In this document: positions 1 to 13,559 of the stretch, in pieces
Numbering within the stretch: the first letter of the stretch is position 1
Layout of the letters: every line of letters starts with the position of its first letter
DNA from: Octopus vulgaris
Taxonomy: Eukaryota
Direction of reading: 5' to 3'
NCBI GenBank assembly: GCA_951406725.2
Contig: OX597824.1
Location: 97,588,001-97,652,000, forward strand
Length of the DNA: 64,000 nt
Translations under genes and position numbers: made by a program
The notes under the pieces: generated by a model
What the model was told of the DNA's origin: nothing
Databases searched by the model: none
The model's input: only the letters and a program-made list of their open reading frames with translations

Positions 1-30
1 TATATATATACATCCTATATATATATACAA

Positions 31-67
<37 letters not shown>

Positions 68-521
68 TATATATATATACAACTGATATATATATATATA
101 TTATATATATATATATACATCCTATATATATATACAACTGATATATATATATATATATATATCCTATATATATATACAACTGATATATATATTATATATA
201 TATATATACATCCTATATATATCTTATCTATATATGTATATCTTATATATATATTTTTTTAATATATATATATGTTATATATGTATCTTATATATATATA
301 CATATATCTTATATATACCTATCTTTTATATATATATTTATATATATATATATATCATTCATATATTTATATATATATATATGTTATATATATATATCTT
401 TTATCCCTATATATATATATATATAGATAGATAGATAATAGATAGATAGATAGATAGATAGATATATATATAGATAGATAGATAGATATATATATAGATA
501 GATAGATATATATATATATAT

Positions 522-572
<51 letters not shown>

Positions 573-598
573 TATATATATATACCTTATATATATAT
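1..598. repeat. Compound (TA)n minisatellite (unit ~CATCC(TA)nCAACTGA) followed by (GATA)n
   Basis: CAACTGA recurs four times in 1-183, each time after an ATCC within TA runs; GATA array at ~425-570. Confidence 0.9.
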
Positions 599-599
599 G

Positions 600-765
600 A
601 CTGACTCCCACTTGGTTTCCGTCTAGCAAATCCACTGACAATGCATTAACCGGCTCCTTGGAGCTCTAGTAGAAGTCATCTGCCGAACATAACGCCCAGT
701 GGAACTGAATCCGGAACCACGTGATGGCAAAGCGTGTTTCTCAACCATACATCCATGCCTGCGTC
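600..765 (-). mobile_element. tRNA-derived SINE family B, degenerate 5' part
   Basis: Reverse complement resembles the GGCGTGG..GTGGTAAGAAG...GGTTCAGTCCCACTG...GGATTTGGTAGACGGAAAC copies at 25481 and 23375. Confidence 0.7.
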
Positions 766-772
766 TATATAT

Positions 773-812
<40 letters not shown>

Positions 813-1059
813 TCATATTCGCCAGAACCCACATATTTTTATGAGGACATTTTTTCTGCCTGTCGCAGCGCCTGAAGTGAACAATACTTTTCGCTTCACA
901 GTTGTCTGGAGCTAAACAAAGAGACAAAAATATAATACAAGATCTTACGTAAGTGAAGAACCTTTCCTTGGAAAACTGTACTTCTGTGTGAAAGTAGATC
1001 TACTTTTGGGCGCGAATGGGAGGAAGCTCATATTTAATTTATAATATATCTTAGGGAAG

Positions 1060-1470
1060 GAGGCGAGGAACTGGCAGAAACGTTAGCAAGCCGTTACGTT
1101 CTGAGTTCAAATTCCACCGGGGTCGACTTTGCTTTTCATCCTTTCGGGATCGACTTTGCCTTTCATCCTTTCGGGGTCGACTTTGCCTTTCATCCTTTCG
1201 GGGTCGATTAAATAGGTATCAGTTACGCACTGGGGTCAATGTAATCGACTTAATCCGTTTGTCTGTCCTTGTTGTCCCCTCTGTGTTTAGCCCCTTCTTT
1301 GTAGAGAAAAGAAATAGCTATTTCCTCTGTCTTTACGTTCTGAGTTCAAATTCCGCCGAGGTCGACTTTGCCTTTCATCCTTTCGGAGTCGATTAATTAA
1401 GTACCAGTTGCGTACTGGGGTCGACCTGATCCCCAAAATTGCGGGCCTTGTGCCTAGATTCGAAAAGAAT
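1060..1470 (+). mobile_element. tRNA-derived SINE family A, two tandem units; first unit has an internal triplication
   Basis: GGCGAG..CTGGCAGAA head, B-box-like GAGTTCAAATTCC; (G)TCGACTTTGC(C/T)TTTCATCCTTTCGGG three times at ~1121-1203. Confidence 0.85.
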
Positions 1471-1984
1471 ACAATATCATCGTCTGAATGCCAAACAATA
1501 TATCGGCCCGCCTCAGACACTGGTCCGCGCACTCTTAGGGTGATCAGTCACATTTAAAGAAAGACCTCAACTTCTGATTTAATAGCAAAACCTCCTCAGA
1601 TAAAACTTTCTCCAGGAGAGTGCGTTCTCTCTGGTCTTGGCGAATCGAGATGGACATAACTCGTAGAAAAAAATAACAAAAATCATCAACGTCAGACCAA
1701 ACGAATTAAAGCGTATAATGAGAAAGGCTGAATCGCGGAAGAGGGCGACATCGGATGGTATGGCTATGAAGGCGCAGCTCAAGATGTATCTGGCTTTACG
1801 GCAGTTCCTTGCAATTTCAGTCATATTTCAGATGTGCTACAGAGGTTGTCTTCCAAACCACAATACGTGGATTACTTCCTCGCTTCTCGGGGTCCACCCT
1901 AGTCAAAACCACGCATTTCTCATCTATCTATCTACCTAGCTCTCTCCTACCTCTCTTTCTCTATTTATCTATCTATCTATCTCA

Positions 1985-1986
1985 TG

Positions 1987-2052
<66 letters not shown>

Positions 2053-2089
2053 TAGATAGATAGATAGATATACAGATGGATACATAGAT

Positions 2090-2180
<91 letters not shown>

Positions 2181-2333
2181 TACAGATGGATACATAGATA
2201 TACATACATATATATATATATATATATATGCATATATACATATATATATATATATACACACATATGCATATATATATACACACATATGCATACATATATA
2301 TATATATACAAATATATATACATATATATATAC

Positions 2334-2385
<52 letters not shown>
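1985..2385. repeat. Compound (TA)n/(GA)n/(GATA)n microsatellite with a duplicated block
   Basis: GATATACAGATGGATACATAGATATACATACA occurs twice (~2067 and ~2177). Confidence 0.9.
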
Positions 2386-2388
<3 letters not shown>

Positions 2389-2573
2389 AATAGGTGAATG
2401 AATTATCCTATGTTTATCGTCAGCATGGAAAATTCGTTGAACCGAAACAAGGGTAGCAAATTCACGTCAGAAACACGGTTGAAGCGACCTGTCCAAGGGT
2501 TCATGTGCAGAAATTTGTGTGTTATATATGAATAAATGAAAGAATGGAGTCGAACAAAGATGTTATCAAAATT

Positions 2574-2666
2574 CCTTTACTCTCGACATATGTTTCGAAG
2601 ACGACAAGGTTTCATTCCAAAGGAATAAAGGGTGCATTATGCAATCTTCTCATCAGGAAAGAAAGG
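2574..2666 (-). ncRNA. Type I hammerhead ribozyme motif, Penelope-like-element style
   Basis: Minus strand reads CCUUUCUUUC-CUGAUGA-GAAGA..UCUUC-GAAA-CAUAUG-UC-GAGAGUAAAGG: complete core, stems I and II, palindromic stem III ACAUAUGU, GUC cleavage triplet. Confidence 0.75.
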
Positions 2667-2702
2667 GAGCCTCTCTCGACAACAAGACAAACAAACATTT
2701 CG

Positions 2703-2739
<37 letters not shown>

Positions 2740-2768
2740 TATGCACATATATATAGATGGATAGATAG

Positions 2769-2806
<38 letters not shown>

Positions 2807-2895
2807 TACACATACACACAAATGTTCATGTATACAAATAAGATGTAAATAATGGTCATTATATATTTTTCTTTATTGTTGTAAATTTGACTTAC

Positions 2896-2988
2896 AGTTG
2901 TTTCCTGTAGTCATTGCAGGTTCGTTATTGATAGGTTCACTCAATTGGTCCGTTGTTCGGTTGAAGACAATAACGTAAGTCAAATTTA
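2896..2988 (-). CDS. Candidate 93-nt phase-1 internal exon (xNLTYVIVFNRTTDQLSEPINNEPAMTTGNN)
   Basis: Acceptor TTTTTCGTTTTTGAAG, donor CT|GTAAGT, length divisible by 3, single open frame; no homology recognised. Confidence 0.3.
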
Positions 2989-3254
2989 CTTCAAAAACGA
3001 AAAATATACAATGGCTATAGTTTATTCCTTCTCTTCATATCACTGTGTAATAGCAAGTATGACTGGAGCACAACCACAGATTCAAGAATTTAGAATGGTG
3101 ATGGACCTGAAACCCTGCCACAAGAATATGTGGAGTTCTTTACTAATCCAAAGGATATCGTTAGCCTGGTGTACTGACAGAGAGCTTATAAAGTGCTTTG
3201 CCCGGATGGATAATCCCTCACTAATAACTCTGTTATATAAGAATGTGTGTGTGT

Positions 3255-3289
<35 letters not shown>

Positions 3290-3312
3290 TTATTTTTTTT
3301 TATATATATACA

Positions 3313-3630
3313 TTACCGTGATCACCGTAACCGACCAGGCTATCAGATGTTGCTACACATCGCTGGTCACAATGCGCTTCGCATCGTTTTAGCTTTCAAA
3401 TCACGCCACCCCGCTGGCTAAGCGAGCAGGCCAACAGGAGAAGGAGTGAGAGAAAGTTGTGGCGAAAGAGTACAGCAAGGATCGCCACCCCACCCCCACC
3501 CTCTGCCGGAGCCGCGTGGAGATTTAGGTGTTTTCGCTCAATAAACACTCACAGCGCCCGGTCTGGGAATCGAAACCGCGATCCTACAACCGCCAGTCCG
3601 CTGCCCTAACCACTGGGCCATTGCGCCTCC
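3313..3630 (-). mobile_element. tRNA-derived SINE family D, near full length
   Basis: Minus head GGAGGCGCAATGGCCCAGTGGTTAGGG (A box) ... GGTTTCGATTCCC (B box). Confidence 0.8.
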
Positions 3631-3653
3631 ACACACACACACACGCACAGAGC

Positions 3654-3746
<93 letters not shown>

Positions 3747-4779
3747 TCTATGTGTGTGTATATCTGACTGAGCGTGGCCTTCTGATTGGGGCTATTAAAG
3801 TCACGATGTTAAGTTCATGGATTTGACCTCCGGTCCGGCGGGCTGATTGTATCGTTAACCAAGACAGTTCAACCGAGGTAGATCAAGTTTAACCAACTGC
3901 AATGAGCTCAGACCGCCGGGTGGTGATGATGCAGTCACCTCTCCCTTCCATTTATCTTATCAAGGATAAACTTTGCCGGGTGAATGAGCTCAGACGATGC
4001 TGCTTGCTCTCCACGACTTCGGAAACTCAACTAATTAACGAAGGCAGAGAAGATGTTAACAATTTACAATAGTTCGCATTACTTTGGTTCATACACCCAT
4101 ATGTAGAGGTATGTATATGCATTTATATATATATATATATAATTATATTACATACATACACATATGTAAATACACATATATATATATATATATATATATG
4201 TGTTTGTTTGTACGTACGTCTGTGTGGATGGACAGAAGGAAGGAGATGTAGACCACATATGGCACGATTATAGTTTAATGAGAGATTTCGTAATCATGGC
4301 TAAAAATACAACTTTATATAAAACATACACCCACACACACTTAAGAGTTTAAGAATATATCTTTATCTTCATAGGCACACACGCACACACACTCAAACAT
4401 TCACACATTCATATACTCTCTCTCCCTCTCCCTCTCTCTCCCTCTTTCTAGCGCACTCACCTCATCAACAGTGGCACATATTTACGTTTAGTTTTACAAA
4501 TACAATAAAAAGAACTCATTACATAGAATAGAGTATATAAAAACTTTTCTGGGGAAAATTAGATGCAGAATTGACACAAAACTAAGAACTTTCTCCCAAA
4601 GTGTTTTGCAAACAAACTTGGCTCCACAATTGAGACTCTTGAGAAACTACTGTAGTAATATTTGATAATGTGTGCGTGCATGTGTGTGACCGGGAATGTA
4701 TGTATGTCTGTATATATGTATGTACACACACACACATACTCAGACACATGTGCGTGTGTGTGTGTGTGTATCTATCTAT

Positions 4780-5113
<334 letters not shown>

Positions 5114-5759
5114 CCGACAAATGGATTGACATGCATAAAGAAATTATATTTCCATAATGTGAGCAAATCGTGATGTATGTGCATAGAAATGTATCCATGC
5201 ATTAGTGTACGTATGTAAGTTACTTCCGTTTATGTGTTTATGTAACTCTGCAAATATGGGCGACCGATGCAACAACGTTTCGGGCATCGGACGCTTTGTT
5301 CCAATATTACGATTTACGTTCAAATGGTGGTGGGATAAAATTTACCTTTTGTTCCTCTACATTCGTGAAAAGAAATATTTATAAGTACCAATCACGTATT
5401 GGTATCGATTTAATCAATAACAAATCAGAAGCTAGACTCCCTTAGGGAGTCAGGCGTTAAACTTTAACATTGTTCTGCTAGTTTTTTGCGACAATATTAC
5501 CAAACTGTGTCCGTCCTTGCCCTTCCCATCGATTAGTCTGCAAGCGTGGATTTCAATGACCAAAGAGTGGCTGCATGGTCACTGCTGATCGCCCAGACAA
5601 CTTTAACCACTTTGAAAGTTGGTGGCGGACATTCGAGTGTTCTCAAAAATCGACCGTCGCAAAACTTTGCACCTGAAGGATTCGTGCATTTATGGAATAA
5701 CAGCATACCACGTTATATGCACTATATATACATAACATGTATAACATATGTGTATGTAC

Positions 5760-5810
<51 letters not shown>

Positions 5811-5975
5811 TACGTTATATATGTAATTATGGATGCATACATATATGCCTGTATGTTCATATAAACACATATATATATTCACATCTATAGAAATATGACA
5901 TATATATATATATGCACATATATATAATTATATACATGTGTGAACATATATGCATATATATATATACTTGTGTGA

Positions 5976-6018
<43 letters not shown>

Positions 6019-6099
6019 CGAGTGAGTGAACAAGCGAACGAAAGTGGCGCTCAGCATCTCTGGTAGGCGTCACATATATTTAATATGTTTGACTCACAT

Positions 6100-6655
6100 A
6101 CATACATATGCATATATATATAAACATACATTTACATACATATACATGCATATATATACATACATATACATACATATATATACATATATATATACATACA
6201 TGTACATACATACATATACATGTATATACATATACATGTACATACATATACATGTACATACATATACATGTACATACATATACATGTACATACATATACA
6301 TGTACATACATATACATGTACATACATATACATGTACATACATATATATACATACTTATATATATATATATATATACATATACATGTACATACATATATA
6401 TACATACTTATATATATATATATATATACATATACATGTACATACATATATATATATATATACATATACATGTACATACATATATATATATACATACATA
6501 TATATATATACATACATATATACATATATATACATATATACATACATATATATATATATACAAGTACATACATATATATATATATATACATACATATATA
6601 CATATATATATATATACAAGTACATACATATATATATATACATACATATATATAC

Positions 6656-6690
<35 letters not shown>

Positions 6691-6863
6691 CATATATACA
6701 TACATATATATATATACATATATACATACATATATATATATACATACATATATACATACATATATACATACATATATATACATATATACATACATATATA
6801 TATATACATATATACATACATATATATATATATACACATATACATACATATATATATACATAT

Positions 6864-6899
<36 letters not shown>

Positions 6900-6900
6900 G
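6100..6900. repeat. Degenerate (TA)n/(TACA)n array with higher-order unit TACATATACATGTACA
   Basis: Seen directly; source of several spurious YI-rich ORFs. Confidence 0.95.
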
Positions 6901-7639
6901 ACTAAGCTTGCAAATATAAATATATATATATGGTATGTGTGCGCGCGTGTGTATGTGTATGCTTGTATATGTGTGTGTGTTTGTATATGTGTGTGTGTGT
7001 GTGTGTGTGCGAATTTATGCATGTTTACATACACACCCGTAGATATACATTCATTGTTTGTGAATATATAGTGATACAAGATAAAAAATATACATTTCTA
7101 TTAATTTATGCTTACAAAAATATTATATATATATATATATACATTCACACATACTTGCACATCTATTCACACATGCATAAGAATATTTTATGTGTGTATG
7201 GCTGTAAAAGTACCTGTATGTATAACCATATGCAATACTCCAGCTTGGCCACTGCTAAATGCTTTATATCAATAAAAGTACAAGAAAAACTATACGAGTG
7301 TGTATCGATATATATATATATATACATACATGTGTATGAATTTTCGTATGTGTTTATCCATGCATGTATGTGTTTATGTATGTATGTACGTGTGTATGAA
7401 TATATGTATACTACAGTATGTATAGGTTCGCTTGTTTATTTGTATGTATGTGTGTGTAAGTGTATGCCTCTGTGCATGTTTGTATTTGTGTATGTAGGAG
7501 TCGATGAATGAATGTGCATACGTATGTATGTTGGGATGTATATATCTATGTATGTATATAAGTATGTAAACATGAGTGTATGCACGCATGTGTGAGTGTG
7601 TGTGTGTGTGTACTGGTATATGCTTATTTTCATGCATAT

Positions 7640-7659
7640 GCACGTGTATGTATACATAC

Positions 7660-7692
<33 letters not shown>

Positions 7693-7855
7693 CATGCATA
7701 TATATACATATATATATATACATGCATATATATATATATACATGCATATATATATATACATGCATATATATATATACATATATATATATATACATGCATA
7801 TATATATATATACATGCATATATATATATACATACATATATATATATATATATGC

Positions 7856-7905
<50 letters not shown>

Positions 7906-8028
7906 GCATATATATATATATAGATGTGTGCATGTATGAACACATACCAACACACATTTCAATATCTGTGTGCACGCATGTGTGTGTATTGTGTAGTTAT
8001 ATTTCTATATATGTGTATGCATGTATAT

Positions 8029-8071
<43 letters not shown>

Positions 8072-8088
8072 TCTATGTATGTGTGTAC

Positions 8089-8127
<39 letters not shown>

Positions 8128-8130
8128 TGT
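7640..8130. repeat. (TA)n array punctuated by CATGCA
   Basis: Seen directly. Confidence 0.9.
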
Positions 8131-8249
8131 ATATGCATTTATTAGAACAATTCTACATACATAAGTCTGGTGTATATAATAAGTTATACATTTAGAGAGA
8201 GAGAGAGAGAGAGAGCGAAAGAGAGGGAGAGAGAGAGAGAAAGACTCAC

Positions 8250-8309
8250 CTGTTGTTATTGAGTTGTTTTGCTTGTTATATTTTGAGGAAGGCATGTGGA
8301 ACTCACCAA
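8250..8309 (-). CDS. Candidate 60-nt phase-1 internal exon (xGEFHMPSSKYNKQNNSITT)
   Basis: Acceptor TATCTTTCAG, consensus donor CAG|GTGAGT, single open frame, phase-compatible with 2896-2988. Confidence 0.3.
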
Positions 8310-8589
8310 CTGAAAGATACCGGTTAAGATGGTCGGTATGGGTGATGATAGAAGAGTGGGGTGGGGAGTGGAAGAGGAGGAGGAGGAGACTGGTAGATGT
8401 CGATGGTGTGAGGGAGAGTGTGAGTGTAAAAGGAGAAGCGATAGAGAGTTTGAACGAGAGAGAGAGAGAGTGAGAGGGGAGAGGGTGTGTTGTAGAGGTT
8501 GGCCGAGATAGAAGAGGGATAGAGAGAGGTAGACGGAGATTGTATGTAAGAATGGAAATGAATGAGTCTTATACAAACACACACATGTA

Positions 8590-8717
8590 CATATGTGTGT
8601 GTGTGCGCGCGTGTATGTATGTATGTATATATATGTGTGTGTGTGTGTGCGTGTGTGTGTATGTGTGTGTGTATATGTGTGTGTGTGTGTAAGTGTATAT
8701 ATATATGTGTGTGTGTG

Positions 8718-8750
<33 letters not shown>

Positions 8751-8995
8751 ATATATATGTGTGTGTGTGTAAGTGTATATATATATGTGTGTGTGTGTGT
8801 GTATGTGTGTGTGTATGTGTGTGTGTGTATGTGTGTGTGTGTATATATATATGTGTGTGTGTGTTGTGTGTATATATATGTGTGTGTGTGTGTATGTGTA
8901 TATATGTGTGTGTGTGTGTTGTGTATATATATATATGTGTGTGTGTGTGTATGTGTATATATATGTGTGTGTGTGTGTGTTGTGTGTATACACAC
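8590..8995. repeat. (TG)n/(TA)n compound microsatellite
   Basis: Seen directly. Confidence 0.95.
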
Positions 8996-9149
8996 ACACA
9001 CGCAACCAGTAATTTTTTACTAGTTTCATCTTGTCTCTTCGTTTCTCTCCGTGTTGATATATGGACAATTAAAGTGGTTTTAAAGTCAGATCTTGGCTGC
9101 TATTTTCAGCATGGTGGTATCTCGTAGATACCCTAATTTATAATTTTAA

Positions 9150-9193
<44 letters not shown>

Positions 9194-9876
9194 GAGAGGG
9201 AGAGAGAGAGAACTGATCGTGGTGAACAGAGGGAGAGAGAGAGAAGGCGGAAGAGAGAGAGAGAGAGAAGGCGGGAGAGAGAGAAGGCGGGAGGGAGAGA
9301 GAGAGCAGAGTTGGTGTGTGCATGTGATAGTGATGTCGGTTTTAATAAGTAGTATTCGGTTTGTTTTGAGGCAGCGTGCACCAAACACACGCACACACAT
9401 ATTTGCATACGCATACATGTACGATATATTCACAGCCATACACACGCTCACACAGACTCCCATTTGAAACAATTTAAACATTTACACACACACACACACA
9501 CACACACGCGTATACACAGTTTCGCCTCCGCATATCTACATTTTTCTCTCTTTCTCTCATAACATACTCTCTCTCTCTCTCTCCATTTCTTTCTCTGTCT
9601 CTCTTTCACTCTCTCTCCCTCTCTTACTCTTTCTTTCTGTTAACTCTTATCTCTTACTCTCTTTCTCTCTTTCTCCCTCACTAAGCTATTTACGTATTGT
9701 TGTTGTTGTTGCAAGTGTTACTGTATTTCACCCTCCTCCACCCACTCTCAGGTCAATCCTTCTATTATTAAGACAATAAGTTGCAAATTAAGTGACGCCT
9801 GACTGCTATTTCTAGCAAGTTAAGAGACCACAAAATCTCCCTCATTGTAATAGTAGTAATAGTCGTCGTCGCCATC

Positions 9877-9944
<68 letters not shown>

Positions 9945-10456
9945 TTTATTATTGCTGTTCTTGTGATTGCTGCTGCTGTTATTGTTTAAAAAGAACTCAA
10001 CCACGGCCCACGAGATCTATTATCAAAAGTGTTCCAGCCATGACCATCCTGTCTGTCAAACAGATGGTGTAATTGAATCTATATGTTGTTGTTCTTGAGT
10101 AATCCCTGGTCAGCCCTAATCCAATAGTCGTATGGCACACGACTAGGAGCGACCTTACAGATCCCTCTTCGTATTTATACCGTGTTCCCATGTGAGGACC
10201 ACATTGTGCTTTTCTCACCTGCACTGAGGAATCGTATGCTGTGCAACATGACACTCTGGACATATTGGTCTCTCTCTCTCTCTCTCCACTGTCCAGTCTG
10301 TGCTTGGGGTCCCTCAGATATTGCTCACCCAGACAAGTAGTGTGGAATCGTATAGGGGACACAAGACGATTTAGACATATTGTATTCTCTCCTCGAGCCA
10401 TTCTCTTTCTGTACAACCCATGTGTTACATGATCCGATATATTGTGGGGAATGAAA

Positions 10457-10670
10457 GCGGCGAGCTGGCAGAATCGTTAGCACGCCGGGCGAAAAGCTGA
10501 GCGGTATTTCGTCTGCCGCTACGCTCTGAGTTCAAATTCCGCCGAGGTCAACTTTGCCTTTCACCCTTTCGGGGCCAATAAAGTAAGTACCAGTTACGTA
10601 CTGTGGCCGATCTAATCGACTGGTCCCCTACCTAAAAATTTCGGGCCTTGTACCTAGAGTAGAAGAGAAT
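10457..10670 (+). mobile_element. SINE family A
   Basis: GGCGAGCTGGCAGAATCGTTAGCACGCCGGG...GAGTTCAAATTCCGCCGAGG. Confidence 0.85.
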
Positions 10671-11140
10671 ATATAATGGTGAACCTTGTGTCTGCACCAG
10701 TTGTCCCCTCTCTCTACAGTCCAGTTCATCTCTGTACTAAAGGTAGCGACAGCGGCCATGGATGAGGCTGACTCGGTCGGAATGCGATACCTGTTGTTCC
10801 TTAGCACTTATTGTTAATGATTTGCGTCAGAGAACAGGATTGGAGGATCAGAGAAGCTTTTGTGTGTGTGTGTGTATGAGTTACGCTTCTTCCAGATGGA
10901 TGAGAGAGACACACATACAACATCCTGCTCTGTTGTGCTGCGTATGTGTCTGAGTGTTTGTAAATAGTTTTTCATGAAGTGACAGGAACTGTACAAGTCG
11001 AATTTTGCTGCGGTAACCGAGTTCCTCACATTTCCAGAGGATTTTTTTTAACAATTTTAGTATTTTTATTTGTGAAGGCCGTCTTTGGATCTGATCTGTA
11101 TACATTCTATTATATCGTGAAGTATTCTGTTTCGTATTTC

Positions 11141-11196
<56 letters not shown>

Positions 11197-11229
11197 TGTG
11201 TGTGGTCTCTTGTTGAGATATTGGGACCT

Positions 11230-12200
11230 CAACAGGACTAGCATAGTCTATGATGGATCAAATGCATTGTTTTGTACATCTTAACTCTGTTGTTCCTTTG
11301 TGCTGTTGAATTGTTTTGATCTGTTTTCAAGATCTTCCATATTTGTTGTGAAGGACGTGGAGTCGTATTTAACTCCTGGTATCTCCTCAGCTTTGCGCAT
11401 GCTCATGTTGTTGTCGGCTGTGTTGGTTGGTTGTAATTGATGTTCCCTGTTAGTGTCCATACGAAAGAACACACTGAATTTATGGTTACTAAAAGTCAAT
11501 TACTGTTAAGCAATGTCTCCAAATAATTTAAGTAGAACGGAAGTATTTATGCAACAACAGTCGGCGGACGTGACACGATGTCATCTGCAGAAGTGTCTGT
11601 ATGCGTTTTGCTGATGTGTGGAGAGACCGTCTAGCTCTATGCTGAGCGGGAAAAGCAATTCTTTGTGATAGTTTATTGGAGAAATTACAGGTTCTGGCAA
11701 TGTTGCTGGTGCACACACTACACAGACTTGATGACTTTGCTAGTCAAAATGTTTCTTAAAGTGAGTATATTTAGTAAGAGCGGATAGCATAGGAATGAAG
11801 GGGAAAGCTTTACTGGTGCCGATGTAAATTATGAAGAGAGGTGTGGGAGATTTCTGCTGTAAATCCCATAAAATATTTTCTGTTTTTTTTTTTTATTTCA
11901 TGAATGGTATAATGGTGAGTCGTGAAACATGAATAAGTGTTGATTTACAGACGGCATATATGTAATAGGTGTCCAGAATTTTACTTTCTTGCCTCTTTCA
12001 ATGTCAGTATTGAACAAGGTTAGTCTGCATAAGAGGAGAGCGTCACTTCACTTGTGATTTTGTTTGAGGATACAATCATTAAAATTTTGCTCATTTTTCA
12101 ATTCTAGGAATTCGACAGTGCTTGTAGAATCTTTGTAGAGTGCGACGATTCCTTTGGGCCTATTTCTCTCAGCTTTATATCCAAGTGGTGATTACTATTT
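11230..12200 (-). mobile_element. Highly degenerate LINE reverse transcriptase fragment
   Basis: Hand translation across frameshifts gives, in order, IGTSKAF (cf. IDISKAF), LPEPVISPI (cf. VPQGSVISP), TSADDI (cf. YADD) and IPGVKYDS (cf. LGVTFD). Confidence 0.5.
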
Positions 12201-12529
12201 TGATATGAACCGTATTGACAAGTTTTGTATTTTTAGACTATATTTTTAATTTCGTTTTACAAAAAACTTTAGGGAATAAATTCTCAGCTGAAACTGTGGG
12301 GGGTCATGTTGTAAGAACATGAATAAACCTAATTATACACTATTCTGTTTTTAACGTTCAATTTTTTTTTTACTTGTGAACTTCTACGAAGACAAAATGG
12401 GAACCTATTCTTGCGCACTCTCTTTATCTATACGCATATACATAAGCGCTTGCGGTTACATACATACATAACGCATACACATACACACTTATGTACATTA
12501 TATGTATAAATATATTTCCTCTCCCTGTG

Positions 12530-12569
<40 letters not shown>

Positions 12570-12842
12570 TATGTATGTGTGTGTATATATAGAGAAAGAG
12601 AAAGAGAGAGAGAGAGGGAGTGACAGAGAGTGAGAGAGAGTAGTGTTACGTAAAAGGTAGGATCAATAAAAAAAATACTCCATCTGCAGAGAGAGAGAGA
12701 GAAAGAGAGAGAGAAATATTTAATATACACAGGACTAAATGCGTGCTGTTATAAAATTCATACTTCAGAATAAACAATGGTCGGGCAAGCGTGTATAGCG
12801 AGCGTTCTGTGTATAACCAGACAATTACGCAGAGTCAGAATG

Positions 12843-12879
<37 letters not shown>

Positions 12880-13559
12880 TTAGGCAGACGAGCAGTTGCG
12901 CATGAGCCTGTCTCATGGCAGCAAGAAATGCAGATGAAAGCAGCAGCATGAAACTCACTTATTCATGAAATGTCACCTGTCAGAGGAGGTTTCAAGTAGT
13001 GCAGCTGTGACAAAGCTACCGGCGGTGCTCCAGCATGGTTGCAGCTCTCTCGAACTTAAACGATAGAAAACACACAGACACATACACAGCCACCCCTACT
13101 TATATACACAGTACAACTAGTATTAAAAAGACGATGTGTATTTCTTTTCATAAATTCTAATTGTTTCTTTGGTTATTAAATTCGGATTTGGAATTTTACA
13201 CAGAATATGAGAAGAGAAAACAAAGCATGAGAGATTGTTTATGAGATGTGTTGTTGCATCATCTTACGTACGTTTCATTAACATAAGGGGAAAAATAATT
13301 TACATAAAGTAAATTGCATAATCAAATTTTAATGTCATATCGTCAGAGACGTGTAACTACAATATGCAACATTATTGGATTGAAAAAGATGGCGTTATTC
13401 CCCCACGGTGGAGGTGGCTCACGACAGAGCCACGGTGTAACTATATATATTGCATACATTCTCTCATGTTTTTGTATTTACGCGAGTGTGTTTGTAAAAA
13501 TATTCAATCTCGCTTTAAATCCAAGAACACTTGGTTTTAAGAATAAACAAGGAAACGCA

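Noticed and set aside
1121-1203. CRISPR-like repeat array
   Set aside because: Tandem units have no spacers, lie inside a SINE, and the context is eukaryotic
5431-5451. Helitron 3' hairpin (GACTCCC-TTA-GGGAGTC next to CTAG)
   Set aside because: The hairpin overlaps the CTAG rather than lying ~10 nt upstream, and no matching 5' end is seen
6026-9127. Many long ORFs rich in Y/I/H/T/C/V
   Set aside because: Translations of (TA)n, (TACA)n and (TG)n repeats, which lack stop codons; the same applies at 27.5-30.4 kb and 55-58.6 kb
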